This document shows positions 9,597 through 20,900 of a stretch of 64,000 nucleotides of DNA, in pieces. Position numbers and translations under genes: made by a program. The stretch comes from Andalucia godoyi And28 (lineage: Eukaryota; Protista; Jakobida): positions 259,325 to 323,324 of the forward strand of contig VRVR01000008.1 of NCBI GenBank assembly GCA_009859145.1, read 5' to 3'. The notes below the pieces were generated by a model, which made no database searches, was not told the origin of the DNA, and was given only the letters and a program-made list of their open reading frames with translations. Each line of letters begins with the position of its first letter. Position 1 is the first letter of the stretch.

Positions 9597-9821
9597 TTGG
9601 CAAGCCACGTCAACTCGAACCTGGAAAAGCACCGATTCATGCACTCCCAACAACTCTGCAGTCCACCATACCGGAAAACAGCAGAACGGAATAATCATCC
9701 CGTCTATTTTTTGAAATTCGTTCAATACAAGAGCGCCAAACAACGACAACAAGTAGTCTGTCTACGGATTTAGCCATCGAGTGATTCCGAACTCTCTCTT
9801 ACAAAAAAGAAGAAGAAAAGA

Positions 9822-10829
9822 ATGAGCACGTCTGCATGGGAGCATGACGTGATTGAAGAAGGACAGATTGTCGTTGACCGGGCAAATATCCAGTCTGAAG
9901 GAATTGGGGCAGAGTACGAGATTCCGTCCGAGGTAGCCGTGCTGGACTTGACTCACAATCGGCTGAAGGAGATCAAGAATATTGCTGGACTTCAGTTTTT
10001 GCATACATTGCACTTGCGACAGAACTTGCTGAAAGAAATCGCCGGGCTGCAGAATCTTCCGAAACTGCGAAAAATTGACTTGTACGACAATCAAATCTCA
10101 GAAATCTCGGAAACCAGCTTCTCCGATGTAGCGTCGACTCTTGTGTACCTCGACATGTCCTTCAATGAACTTCGGAAGATTGAAAACATCGAGAACCTGG
10201 AGAATTTGGAAGAGCTCTACGTTTGCTCAAACAAAATCACAGACATTGAAGGCGTTCAGTCGTTGAAGTCGCTCCGAACGCTCGAGTTGGGGTCGAATCG
10301 AATTCGCAAGATTCAGAACTTGGAAGGACTGACTGCATTAAGAAACTTGTGGCTTGGACGAAATAAGATTTCTTCCGTCGAGAACCTGAATATGCAGCCT
10401 TTGTGCTTAAATTTGCGAGTCTTGTCTTTGCAAGCTAACAGATTGAGATCTATTCACGGTCTGGACGCGCTTGTTAATCTGGAAGAGCTCTATTTGGGAG
10501 AAAATGGCATTCAAAAAATCGAAAACATCGCACATTTGACTTCTTTGCGAATTTTGGACCTTAGCAGCAACCTGGTTGCATCGATTGGTGATTCATTAGT
10601 CCCTCTGACGTGCTTGCAGGAATTGTGGCTGAATCAGAACAAGATTGCAGAGTACAAGGACATCGAGCCACTTGCATCAATTTCTACGTTGAGGATTGTA
10701 TATCTTGAGATGAATCCGTTCTGTGCGGGAGATGCTGCGTACAAGAACAAGGTTATTCACACGCTTCTCCAAATTGAACAGCTCGACGCAGACGATATTC
10801 CAAAGAGACATTTAGGAGGGCCTGCTTAA
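9822..10829 (+). CDS. SDS22: Protein phosphatase 1 regulatory subunit SDS22 (PPP1R7), 335 aa
   Basis: About eleven 22-residue LRRs (LxxLxLxxNxIxxIENL), including LELGSNRIRKIQNL, LWLGRNKI, LSLQANRL and LQELWLNQNKI. LRR cap VYLEMNPF...YKNKVIHTLLQIEQLDA. Confidence 0.93.
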   Translation: MSTSAWEHDVIEEGQIVVDRANIQSEGIGAEYEIPSEVAVLDLTHNRLKEIKNIAGLQFLHTLHLRQNLLKEIAGLQNLPKLRKIDLYDNQISEISETSFSDVASTLVYLDMSFNELRKIENIENLENLEELYVCSNKITDIEGVQSLKSLRTLELGSNRIRKIQNLEGLTALRNLWLGRNKISSVENLNMQPLCLNLRVLSLQANRLRSIHGLDALVNLEELYLGENGIQKIENIAHLTSLRILDLSSNLVASIGDSLVPLTCLQELWLNQNKIAEYKDIEPLASISTLRIVYLEMNPFCAGDAAYKNKVIHTLLQIEQLDADDIPKRHLGGPA

Positions 10830-10970
10830 CTTTAAATGTTCCACCACATGTTATCCTCATACTGTAGGCCACTCTTCATCATACTTCATGTTGCTCATCC
10901 AGAAATCTCAGACAGTCCTGCTTCTTTCGTTCGCCTTTTTTCCCCTTCACGCCACTCCATCGCCATTTCG

Positions 10971-11225
10971 ATGTCCCCCGTCATGTCCGGCACGTCTGGA
11001 TCGAAACTGGAATGGTGTGCGCAGCATCAGTTGGAAGAACGCTTTGGCGTACTGGACCCTTCCGGATGGATGACTACCTCATCCTACGACCTTCTGGAAT
11101 GGATACACACTCGGTTCCGGTGCAGGACTGAGGATGGATTTCGTTCAGCAGTTCATCCGCCGTGCTTCGTGTACATTGTAGGCGATATAAAAAATAATAA
11201 CAATGAACATGGCGTGAGAGTTTGA
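10971..11225 (+). CDS. Possible small hypothetical protein, 84 aa (open frame extends back to ATG 10836)
   Basis: A 129-codon open frame in a GC-balanced block that no other gene explains, followed by AT-rich sequence. ATG 10836 is only 6 nt after the SDS22 stop, so ATG 10971 is preferred. No confirmed homology. Confidence 0.3.
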   Translation: MSPVMSGTSGSKLEWCAQHQLEERFGVLDPSGWMTTSSYDLLEWIHTRFRCRTEDGFRSAVHPPCFVYIVGDIKNNNNEHGVRV

Positions 11226-11348
11226 AGATCCATTTTTTTCTTTTCTTCTTCTTCTTCTTCATTTGCTAAAACACATACAACAAACAACAAGCACAGAACT
11301 GCAGACATGCTGCACACGAATAACACCGAAGCACAACAGACTAACTTT

Positions 11349-13520
11349 TTAGACAACTACCGACTTGGCGAGATTGCGCGGTTGGTCGACATTGTGACCC
11401 ATGGACACAGCCAAGTGATAAGACAGCAACTGGAACGGAATCACATTGATGATAGGAGCCAACGAAGCACAGATTTCGGGAACCTGGATGGATTTGTAGG
11501 CTTTCGAAATTACCTGGGTGTCACCAGTATTGCAGATCGCCACCACTTTTCCGTGACGTGCTGTGAGTTGCTCCAGAGCACTCACGACGTTCGGATACTG
11601 CGTATCCTTTGTGATGATCAAAATGCACGGCATGTTCTCGTCGACGAGTGCAATAGTCCCGTGTTTCAACTCGGCCGCAGATATGCCCTCGGAATGAATG
11701 TACGAAATCTCCTTGATCTTCAGTGCCCCTTCAAGCGCCGTGGCGTAGTTGTATCCACGGCCAACCACGAGGATGGACTTGGCACCCTGGAAAACAGGGA
11801 TAAGCTCCTTGATGACGGGCTCGACGGTGTGGAGCGTCTTGTCCACAAGCTCCGGAAGCCGGTGCAAATCTTCAATGATTTGCTGGCGGACTTCTTCCTT
11901 GTCTCTTGCATTCTTGGACAAAAACAGAGAAAGCAACACAACCGAGAGAACTTGCGAAGTATAAGCTTTCGTGGAGGCCACTCCAATTTCAAGACCGGCA
12001 TTGACATGGATTCCAAAGTCGGTTTCGCGGGCTATTGCCGACCCAACCGTGTTGGTAATTCCACAAGTCAGAGCGCCCTGAGCTTTCACGTAACGGAGCG
12101 CCCTCAAGCTGTCTGCCGTTTCTCCGGATTGGGAGATAAAGATGTATGTCTCATCCCGAAACACGTTGGGAGAACGATCCACAAATTCCGACGCCAGCTC
12201 GACGGCGGCAGGGAGGCTCGTCAACTGCTCAAACAGTTGCCGCCCCGCCAAAGACGAATGATAAGAAGATCCGCAGGCAAGGAAATGGACACGGCGGCAC
12301 GTAAGAATGTCTCGCGCATTGTGAAGAACACCACCCAAGCGAACATCACACTTGTCGAAAAGAACACGACCTCTCATGGTATTCGTCAACGATTCCTTCT
12401 GTTCGAAAATTTCCTTCTGCATATAGTGATCGAAGTTGCCTTTTCTCACTGCATCCATCTGACCTTGTAGGATCTTGATCACACGATGCTCCTTACCGGC
12501 ATCTGATGACGTGACAACATCTTGGTTGTAGATTCTCATCCTTCCATTTGCAAGATGGACAATGTCCTTGTCTTCGAGATACAAAACAGTTCGGGTGTGC
12601 TCAATGATGGCAGACGCATCCGAAGACAGAAAGAATGCTTTTGCACGCTTTGTGAGGTCCGCAGCGCCTTCGGCAATGAAGTCACGACTGTCCGTATTCG
12701 ACTTGCCAGAAACGAAGTTCTGCGATTCCCGACGGCCATCAGCGGACAAGTATGCCGTCGACTTCCGATTGACCAGTCGCGCAGAAAGAGGGACAGTGAA
12801 TTCCGCATCAGGATCCGTAGCCTCTTCACCACTGCTGCACACACCAATGATGAGCGGAGATCCAAATCGTGCGGCAATCAGCTCTCCAGGAAACAGTCGA
12901 GATTTCACAAGGAATGCATAGGTTCCTTCGAGTTGCGACACTGCCGCACGGACAATCTCCACAAAAGAGACCTTGGGCTTCTTACCAACATCCGTTTCGG
13001 ACTTGTACTGATTGTACACATGTCCCAACAGCTTCGCGAACACTTCAGTGTCCGTTTCAGACTCAAAAACATGACCCTTTGCCTTGAGCATATTCTTCAG
13101 CTCAGAAAAGTTCGTGATCATTCCATTGTGAACAACAATGAATGTCGAGTCCTTGTCGGACCTGTGGGGGTGCGAGTTTGCAGGAGAAGGCTCGCCATGC
13201 GTTGCCCAACGAGTGTGGGCAATGCCAACGTGGTTTGACAGCATGAGTTCTGGAGAGAAGTCGTCCTCGTCATAGTGCTCGCTGTCCAGATTAGTGTCCG
13301 GCAGGTATCCTTGATCCTTGAGCAAGTTTACGAGCTTGCTGACGTTTCCATTGGACTTAACAATCTGGACATCCGTTGAGCCAGACTGGCGATCAAAGGC
13401 TACACCGGCAGAATCGTATCCTCGATACTCCAAGCGGGACAGACCTTTGAGCAGCAAGCGAAGAATAGCAGTGCGTGAAAGCTCACTTTCACAGTTGAGA
13501 AGTCCGAATATGCCACACAT
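11349..13520 (-). CDS. GFA1: Glutamine:fructose-6-phosphate amidotransferase (GFAT), eukaryotic type, 723 aa
   Basis: N-terminal nucleophile MCGIFG, LSRLEYRGYDSAG, GIAHTRWATHG, VVHNG, SETDTEV, eukaryotic insert, HYMQKEIFEQ, SQSGETAD, GVASTKAYTSQ, ELKHG and PRNLAKSV. Confidence 0.98.
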   Translation of the reverse strand: MCGIFGLLNCESELSRTAILRLLLKGLSRLEYRGYDSAGVAFDRQSGSTDVQIVKSNGNVSKLVNLLKDQGYLPDTNLDSEHYDEDDFSPELMLSNHVGIAHTRWATHGEPSPANSHPHRSDKDSTFIVVHNGMITNFSELKNMLKAKGHVFESETDTEVFAKLLGHVYNQYKSETDVGKKPKVSFVEIVRAAVSQLEGTYAFLVKSRLFPGELIAARFGSPLIIGVCSSGEEATDPDAEFTVPLSARLVNRKSTAYLSADGRRESQNFVSGKSNTDSRDFIAEGAADLTKRAKAFFLSSDASAIIEHTRTVLYLEDKDIVHLANGRMRIYNQDVVTSSDAGKEHRVIKILQGQMDAVRKGNFDHYMQKEIFEQKESLTNTMRGRVLFDKCDVRLGGVLHNARDILTCRRVHFLACGSSYHSSLAGRQLFEQLTSLPAAVELASEFVDRSPNVFRDETYIFISQSGETADSLRALRYVKAQGALTCGITNTVGSAIARETDFGIHVNAGLEIGVASTKAYTSQVLSVVLLSLFLSKNARDKEEVRQQIIEDLHRLPELVDKTLHTVEPVIKELIPVFQGAKSILVVGRGYNYATALEGALKIKEISYIHSEGISAAELKHGTIALVDENMPCILIITKDTQYPNVVSALEQLTARHGKVVAICNTGDTQVISKAYKSIQVPEICASLAPIINVIPFQLLSYHLAVSMGHNVDQPRNLAKSVVV

Positions 13521-13670
13521 GGGTGTTGGAATGGTGCACAGTAGAAGTTACAGAAACGAAGGAGACACAGCGAGAGGGACGAAGCAAAAAAAAAGGAGAA
13601 AAAAAAAAGAAGAAGAAGGCAAGAGAGAGAGAGAGAGAGCGAGAGCGAGAGAGAGAGGGAGAGGAACAAC

Positions 13671-13744
13671 CTCCGTTGTTGTGCACAAACGAGGAGAAGC
13701 CGTTCAAGAAGATCCTTCCCGTCCAGCCCCATTCGACATGCCGG
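13671..13744. repeat. Copy 1 of a 74-bp exact direct repeat, flanked by a (GA)n GC GAGA GC (GA)n tract, 150 bp upstream of the GFAT ATG
   Basis: ctccgttgttgtgcacaaacgaggagaagccgttcaagaagatccttcccgtccagccccattcgacatgccgg is identical to 14353..14426. Confidence 0.95.
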
Positions 13745-13861
13745 ATTCTTCTAATTCTTTTTTCAAAAAAAATCCTGATACGCGAAAAAAATAGGACGAA
13801 AAACCCAGAGGGAGCGTCCCTTTAGACGGAAAATGCTGTAGAAAGGGCTCGGAAGAGCGAC

Positions 13862-14038
13862 TTATTGTGCTTTCTTTTGATGCTTTTTGTTTTGTGCACC
13901 AGACCCCTTGATGCTGGCAGCTTTGCCAACCGGCTTGATGCTAGTTTTTTTTCCACGTCTTTTTATCTGAACGGCCGTTTTCTCAGCGTTTTCATCGATG
14001 AGTGGGTGAACGTCCGTTTCCTCAAAAAGCACGACCAT
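13862..14038 (-). CDS. Possible small Lys-rich ORF, 58 aa (MVVLFEETDVHPLIDENAEKTAVQIKRRGKK...HQKKAQ)
   Basis: ATG at 14038, TAA at 13862-13864, translated by hand (below the 60-aa track cutoff). GC-balanced island between AT-rich flanks. No recognised homology. Confidence 0.2.
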   Translation of the reverse strand: MVVLFEETDVHPLIDENAEKTAVQIKRRGKKTSIKPVGKAASIKGSGAQNKKHQKKAQ

Positions 14039-14352
14039 CAAAAGAAAAAGAAGGTTTTACGCATTTCTTCTTCTTTGTGTATTAAAGAAAAGAATTCCCC
14101 CTTACTCCTCTTTAAAAGAAAGAAGAAAAAACATACTGAGATTTCTCCAATATTCGTGTACAGAGACCGTCTGTTTTGACATTTTCCGACAATATTGCCG
14201 CCCGTCCAAATTGTCGCTGATTGACAACAGCAAATAGAAAGCAGAAAAGCAGACAGACAGAAAGAGAAGAAAGAGAAGAAGAAGAAGAAGAAGAAGAGAG
14301 AGAGAGAGAGAGAGAGCGAGAGCGAGAGAGAGAGGGAGAGGAAGGAACCAAA

Positions 14353-14426
14353 CTCCGTTGTTGTGCACAAACGAGGAGAAGCCGTTCAAGAAGATCCTTC
14401 CCGTCCAGCCCCATTCGACATGCCGG
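14353..14426. repeat. Copy 2 of the 74-bp exact direct repeat, with the same flanking GA/GC tract
   Basis: Identical to 13671..13744, offset 682 bp. Confidence 0.95.
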
Positions 14427-14950
14427 TTATTCAACAACGTCGTCGTTCTACTCGACTTCACCCAAAATCGAGGAATCCAAGAGGAACAAAACGTAAGAAA
14501 TTATGACCAAATTAAGAAGTTGGGCATTCTGTTACCATCGGCAACTTGCAGCATTGGAAAAAACAAACGCTTCGAGATGCCAGGGAGCGTCTCGAACCTG
14601 TTTTCCGACACGCTTGTGTGTGCGGACCGGGTCGGGTACGTCGGCGCTCGCACGTAGCGCGTCTGCCGGAACATAATTTTGTTCGACCATGTTCGACTGT
14701 CTGTGAGCCCATCTCGAGTACCCTGGGCGCAAAACGACTCAAACCAGCAAAAAAGGCATGCATGCATACCGCACATCGTCCGGTGTGGCGTCACTTGTTT
14801 TTTCTGTTTTTGTTTTGCAAGGAAGGAATCCTGAATGAGATGGCATTCCCTTCACTCTTCTCTGCTTTCGCATGGCATACATGAGTGTTTCGTAGTGCAT
14901 TGTTGCCGCTTTACCACCCTCATCTTGACCATCATTGTTGCAGTTACAAC

Positions 14951-17900
14951 ATGCCTTCTGCACTGCGCAATTCGTTGGTTTTTCTGAGGAACACGCTCGG
15001 AAACTCAGATGAGACTTCTCTCGATCTCGCTCATGCAGTTTCTTCTGTAGAAGAGCAGATTTCTTCTTCCGTAGAAGATGAAGCAGCAGATTTGGCGGCT
15101 GAAGTGCTGAGTAAGGATCATGGCTTACTGTACCTGCTTGAGAACGCTTCGGCAGATGCCGTGCAAGACAAAATACCTTCCAAGTTGCTAGACTCATTGT
15201 TCAAATCTTGCGCAATTTTCGCGGAAAAGTTCGCATACATGATTGGCCAGGCATTCTTCGTGGCCCTCAGCGATTCTGTGTACCGAATCTGGATGAAGGA
15301 TTCCGTGCCCAGTGCTTGCCGCGTGCATCTTGCCAAATGCTTGCAACATATTTTTCGGTGCAAGAAGACTTGCGCACGAATTGGATATGCGCCGATGCAC
15401 GTCAGTGCGTGGATTCAATCCTTGTCTGTTTTTCGAAACTCGAAATGTACGGCAACTTTGAAAGGGCAGCTCCTGGAGTGTTTCGCAGCCATCCTCAGGG
15501 CGTTTCATGCTGAACTGCAAGCAAATGACGCAAGCGGCCTCTCAAAAATGAGGGATAGTATGCTGTTCGAGCTGAGATCCCAGGATTCTCGAACTGAACA
15601 ACAGGGACCTGTGATTGCAGGACTTTTTCATGCAATTTCTGTCTACTGTCAATATTACACGGACGTGGTTTCCGCGGACTTGGCATTTTTTCTAGGATGC
15701 ATTCGAGGCGTTCTTTTGCGGTTCATGTCTGAAAGGGTGGCATCGCGCTATGAAGTTCCCAAGGCAGCATTGGACGCTGTGCATGAACTGTCCAGCAGGT
15801 ACGCTGATCTGCTGTTCGGCGACGACCCTTCGAAGCTTTACGAGGCCGTTGAGTTTGCAGTGTTTTCCACGAATGCTGACGTGCGCAAGTGTGCTCTTCG
15901 TGCATTTGAATCCGTGGTCGAAGGATTTTGCTCTTTTCTGATGTCCTCTCGAAGTCCAAGACTTGTGGAAATCTGTGAATATTTCTTGCTCATTGCTGTG
16001 AATCATCGCCTTGCTGCGATTTCTTCGAGAGACGATGTGAAGAAGGGCATCCATTTCATTCGAATTGTCGGCATTGTGTTTCCTCTGTGCATGTTTGCTG
16101 AGAACCAGTTACGGATTCAAAACCTTCGCTTGTCGACGTCTGTTGACGAATTGATTGCTTTGGTGGAGCACTTTTTTGATATGTTGTATGGCAATTGTCC
16201 TTCCATTCCGATATCAGAAAGCTTTCTTCATTTGCCTGCCTTTGCACAGTGCTTCTCCTGTATGATGCTCTCTCTCTCTAATGTACCGCAGACCGTGGAT
16301 AACTGCGTCCGACGATTGCTTTCCATGATATTGCGCATCGTGCCTTCTCAGGAAATGTACCAGAATTTGTTCCACGTATTTTGCGCAGCAGTTGGCCGAA
16401 TCATGTTTGCGTGCGCTACACATGCGTTTCTTCTGCACGATGTTTGTTCTTTTTTCTCCTCTCTCGTGGTTCAGTACAGCTGCATGTCTCGAAATCAACT
16501 AGAGTCTTCGTTGTCGGATTGGAATCTACACTATGAATCCAGGCTGTCGGGACGTGAAGCACAGCCGAGCTTACTAGACGAGCAACTGTCGAAAGTGTTT
16601 TCCAGATTCTGCTGCCGAATAACCGATGAGGAATCCTTTTCAACTTCAAAATGGTCCTCGTTTTGGATGTCGTTTTGTGTTGGGGACCGGCCGAGAATTT
16701 CTGTTGTCGAGGAATCGCGCTTGGTGGATATTTTGGCTCTTCGCACGGAAATCATGACAATTTTTGTTGATTCCTTTGTGCGGTGTTTGGCCGTCGATGG
16801 CAACCGTGGGCAGCGGGGGCCCGTGCCGGCGACATCTGCACATGGACGTTCCTCGTCTCTGAGTCCCGAAATGGTTGCGACTTGCAAGTTTCTCGGTGGA
16901 ATTTTTGAGCTTGGTAGCATTTCTGCTTTGCAAAAATCTATGTTTCCTGTTTTGTCGGCAGTTGTGGACTTGTTGCACAGCGGCAGTTCTTTTGCATGTC
17001 TTTTTGACTTGCTTGCGGGCATACTGCGATTCATTTCCGTCAATCTCCGAGATGACAGTCTTCAAAGTCTTGCGACACCTTTGAGAACCGTCCTCTCCTT
17101 TTTGTACTCTGTGTTCCGGCGACTTTCTTCCGACGATTTTTCTTCCGCTGTGTCATGCTTCTGCTTCCTTCCCGTGCAGCTAATTGACGTTAGATTGTTT
17201 GTCTCTGTTTTGGAAACCATTCTTTCCCTGAAGTCGGTTTCTTCTGTGGCACTCATTTCCAGAGTTCTTCTCCTCGTCGAGGAAACTGCGTTTTGCCGGC
17301 AAGAAGAGATTCTTCCGTTTGCATCATCCATCATTTCTTGGATAGATCCGTTGACCGTTGCTCAATCGGAAAGCACCTCTACTCCTGTTTCTCGAGATCC
17401 TACATCGGATGCTGCAGGATTGCGAAAGCAAGCGCTTCGACTGGTGACCATCTTGTCGTTTCTGACCGGTCATTCCTCTCAGCTGGTGAGGGACAGCGGA
17501 TTCAAATCTTTTCCGTTGGATACCTTTTCAGTTCCGATTTCAACGTCTTTGGGTAATGTGGAGATGATGAGCCGACCGTTATTCATTCGCTGCATGCACC
17601 TTGCAGAGCACTCACCTGTCCGCTCCGTTCGAATCGCTTCCGTGGAGTACGTTTATTCCTTCATTTTGTATTTGATTGGTGTTCATGCTGAACATGCGAA
17701 AGTGTCGTCGGAAGCCATGGACTGGTTCGAAGTGTTGTTTCCTTTCATTTTGCGGCTTACCGTGCAGGAAGATGCGGTTATTGTTCAATTGATGCAGTCT
17801 TTAACGATGCAGCTTGTCCATTATTTTGTCGATAGCAGGGATCGTGAAAGCTTCGCCACTGTCTTTTGCGCATCGCTTGTTGCTGTGGCATCGTTTGGAG

Positions 17901-20900
17901 ACGGTCGTCTCAGACTATCCGTGTTGCAGAGCCTGCTTACCGAGTTCTTTGTTAATTTGACAGCAAAGGAGGATAGCCTTTCTGTGTTCGACCGCTGTAT
18001 TCGATTTCTGCTCTTCGACAACGACGTCGAAAAACGAGAATGCGGGCTGCTGTTGTTGCTACCGTGGTCGAACACTGACATCCCTGCTTCATTTCAATTT
18101 GTTCTTTTGCAGCTGTCGGTGTCGTCTGCATTGCTTATCTCAAACGTCGTCTCTTCGCCAGTATACCATTCAGTTGTCGAGTTGTACAGTTCGATTTGCC
18201 AGCGCTGCTTTTTCACTCTTCAGAAGGATACTGCCTTCAGCGAGCGGTTCGACGATGTAATCAAGTTGCTACGAGTGAACCTTTGCCATGAGTCCCCGGA
18301 CGTGCGAAGGTTTGTTTGGTTCTTGTTTCGAGAATTTGCGACCGTGTCCGTCTCCCATGCAGCGTCTTCCTTTATTCACTCTGCGCCGACAGTGCTTGTG
18401 CAGTATCTGGAGCTACCGTGTTTCCGAAAGTTTGACGCCAGCGATCAGATCAGTCAGACATGCTGCATATTCGATTCTTACACGAGGTTCCTCGATTTCT
18501 GCAGTCGCTATCCCTCTCCTTTGGACTCTGACACCTTGCTGCGCCAGGTTCTGACACATCACGATTCGAAACTTTTCTTTTTGTGCGAGACGTTCCCGTC
18601 AATGTTCCCTGTTGCAGAGTCTTCTGAACGAGTGATTGCTGCAATAGTATCTGTTCTGCGTTTGCTTCCAACGATTCTTCCTTCGTGCCCCCAGCTTGCC
18701 CGGAATGCGATCTGGCTGCAGCTGTGCCTCGTGCCTTCTTCTCTTGGGATTTCCATTGAGCGATCCCCGAATCGCTTGCGATACATTCATGTTTGTTCGA
18801 AGTTCGTCCAAGCCGCCCGCGGGATCTTGGACTACCGCTGCCTGTCGACTCGGGGCGTGTTATTTGTGCCGTCTTTGTTGTCGGCTGTATCTTCGCCGCA
18901 TGATAAACGCCTGCTTTTGCACTGCCTTCGGGTTCTGCGCGCGGCATTTGTTTTGCCAGTAGCTGAGATCAGCATGCAGATCGGTCGTCCGTTCTCAGAA
19001 TTCCTACTTGGTTTTGTTGTGCAGTCATTTGATGAACCCCGTGAAAGTTCGTCCAGTACGGATGGTGTTCTCCGCGATGTCCTGCGTCTGGCGATTGACT
19101 GTGAAGTTCCGTCGGCACTACTCTTCCAGAGTTTTACAAGAAGTGTCGCATTTTTTTCTTTCTCCAAGGAAATCATCGCGTTTTATGTCGCGCCACTGTG
19201 CTCATCTCTACTGTCCTCCCTCGATTCAGACTCTGTAATGTCGCAACTTCGCCAACTCTTCTCTTGCTTGGTCGACCTACCAAGGGACGTGGCAGTCCAG
19301 AGTTCAGTAGCCAGTACTATCCACAGCTTCATGCATGCTTTGGGTCCTGTTCTGCGGAAGCTGTCCGAGTTGGTAAGCTCGCGGATCCACGATGCGATTG
19401 AGGTTGTGCCACAGGTCTTGGAGCTCCTCAGCATGTTGTTTGAGTGTAGTTCCGTAGAATACCAACAGAACATATCGGCAGATGGCTGCATTCGAGATGC
19501 TTTGCGTAATTTCGTTTGTGTCCTGTTTAGCCTCCCTGGGTCTTCTGAATCTCGCGCTCTTCAGATCAGCATCGTTTCCAATTTACGGCTCTTTTTTACC
19601 AGTTTTCCGACCCATGAAATACTGACTCTCTTAAAGGAACGAGTATTTTTTGAGTTTTTGCATGTCCCGGGCTCGTTTGCAGAGTTGTCTGAACTGCAGG
19701 TGGATGACCATCTCAAAATAGTTGCAGCAATCATTCGAACGGCATGCATTTCTTCATGTGATAGTTTGCTTTCAGATGTTTTCCCAATCATTTCCGAGTC
19801 ATCTCATCCTGGACACCAGCCGATGGTGAAAATTTTCAAGGAGGGGCTGTTATTTTCCAGCACCCCTGCGTTTCTGGAAACTGTGCTGACCATTATCTGG
19901 AAATACTGCACGGATCGCAAGCCCGGCATGTCGGCGTTGCTTATCCAACGACGATTGTGTCTGTTCATGGACATACTCATCCCAGTTGTTGACGCAATGT
20001 CTTTGTCTGTTTTGCAGGATTTCGCTCTTTCGCTCGTCGTGGGCGTTATGCATGTAATTGCAGATGTGAGTTGGGAGGAATCTAAACTTGCTCGCTGCGA
20101 GAAAAGTCTAATTCTTTCCAAGCAGTTTGCGTTTTTGTTCCTTGAACATGTCGCTCTCCGTCTTGGCAACGACGCATTCAGAGGCCCGTTGAATAATGTG
20201 TTTTCTCAAGCCCGGTCGGTTAGCAACCCCTCGGGAAAAGAGCTCATGAGCGCTGTTGTCCAGATTTCGACCGATCCATCTGGAGAATCAGTGTGTCCCG
20301 CCCGTTTTCGTCTTTCTGTTGATCGCAACATCTTGGAGGGTCTTTTCCGGGCAGCATTCAGTTGCGTCATTTCGGTTCTAGTGATAACTCAGACAGCGAA
20401 TACGCTTTCGTCGAAGGTAGCGCTTCTTCCGCTTCACAAAGAATGGCTGAGGAACATGGTCTCTGCGGATGTCATCTCGTTCAACACGCTGTCTTCTGGG
20501 ACATTCTGGAAGTCGCATGCCCGATCAGCAGCAGGCTTTTTGGGAGGAACAGGTGTTTCGTCGTTCAGTATTTCCTCTACGCTGTCGCATTTTACGCCGT
20601 CTGTCGCACCCAACTCCGCGACCGCCAATGCCTTTTCTCTTACTGAATCGACTTCCTCTTCGCACTTGCGTGGCAATGCAGCTGTCGACATCGGGGATAA
20701 AGATTTGCTTCCTGATGTTGCGAGTGTTTGCAAAGTGATCGACGTCATTGCGGAGTATTCCAAGACGTCTGCTTCTGCTCCATCCCTTCTTCTCAAATTG
20801 TTCTTTGAGTTGTTTTCATCTTCCTTGGAATCGCACGTCATCGCAGATAAAAATATCTGCCTGATGCTTGTGAAGGTCATTATTAGCCGTCCTCAGTTTT

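Noticed and set aside
9561-9600. CRISPR-like array
   Set aside because: The units are 9 bp, contiguous and have no spacers; no cas genes; eukaryotic context.
11307-12470. 387-aa plus-strand ORF, and similar long antisense ORFs over CCT2, TAF1, the giant gene, the TOG gene and CRAL-TRIO
   Set aside because: They mirror well-supported genes codon for codon and show no motifs. This is expected from codon bias.
13520-13900. glmS ribozyme upstream of GFAT
   Set aside because: I found no match to the conserved glmS catalytic core, and the GFAT is of eukaryotic type.
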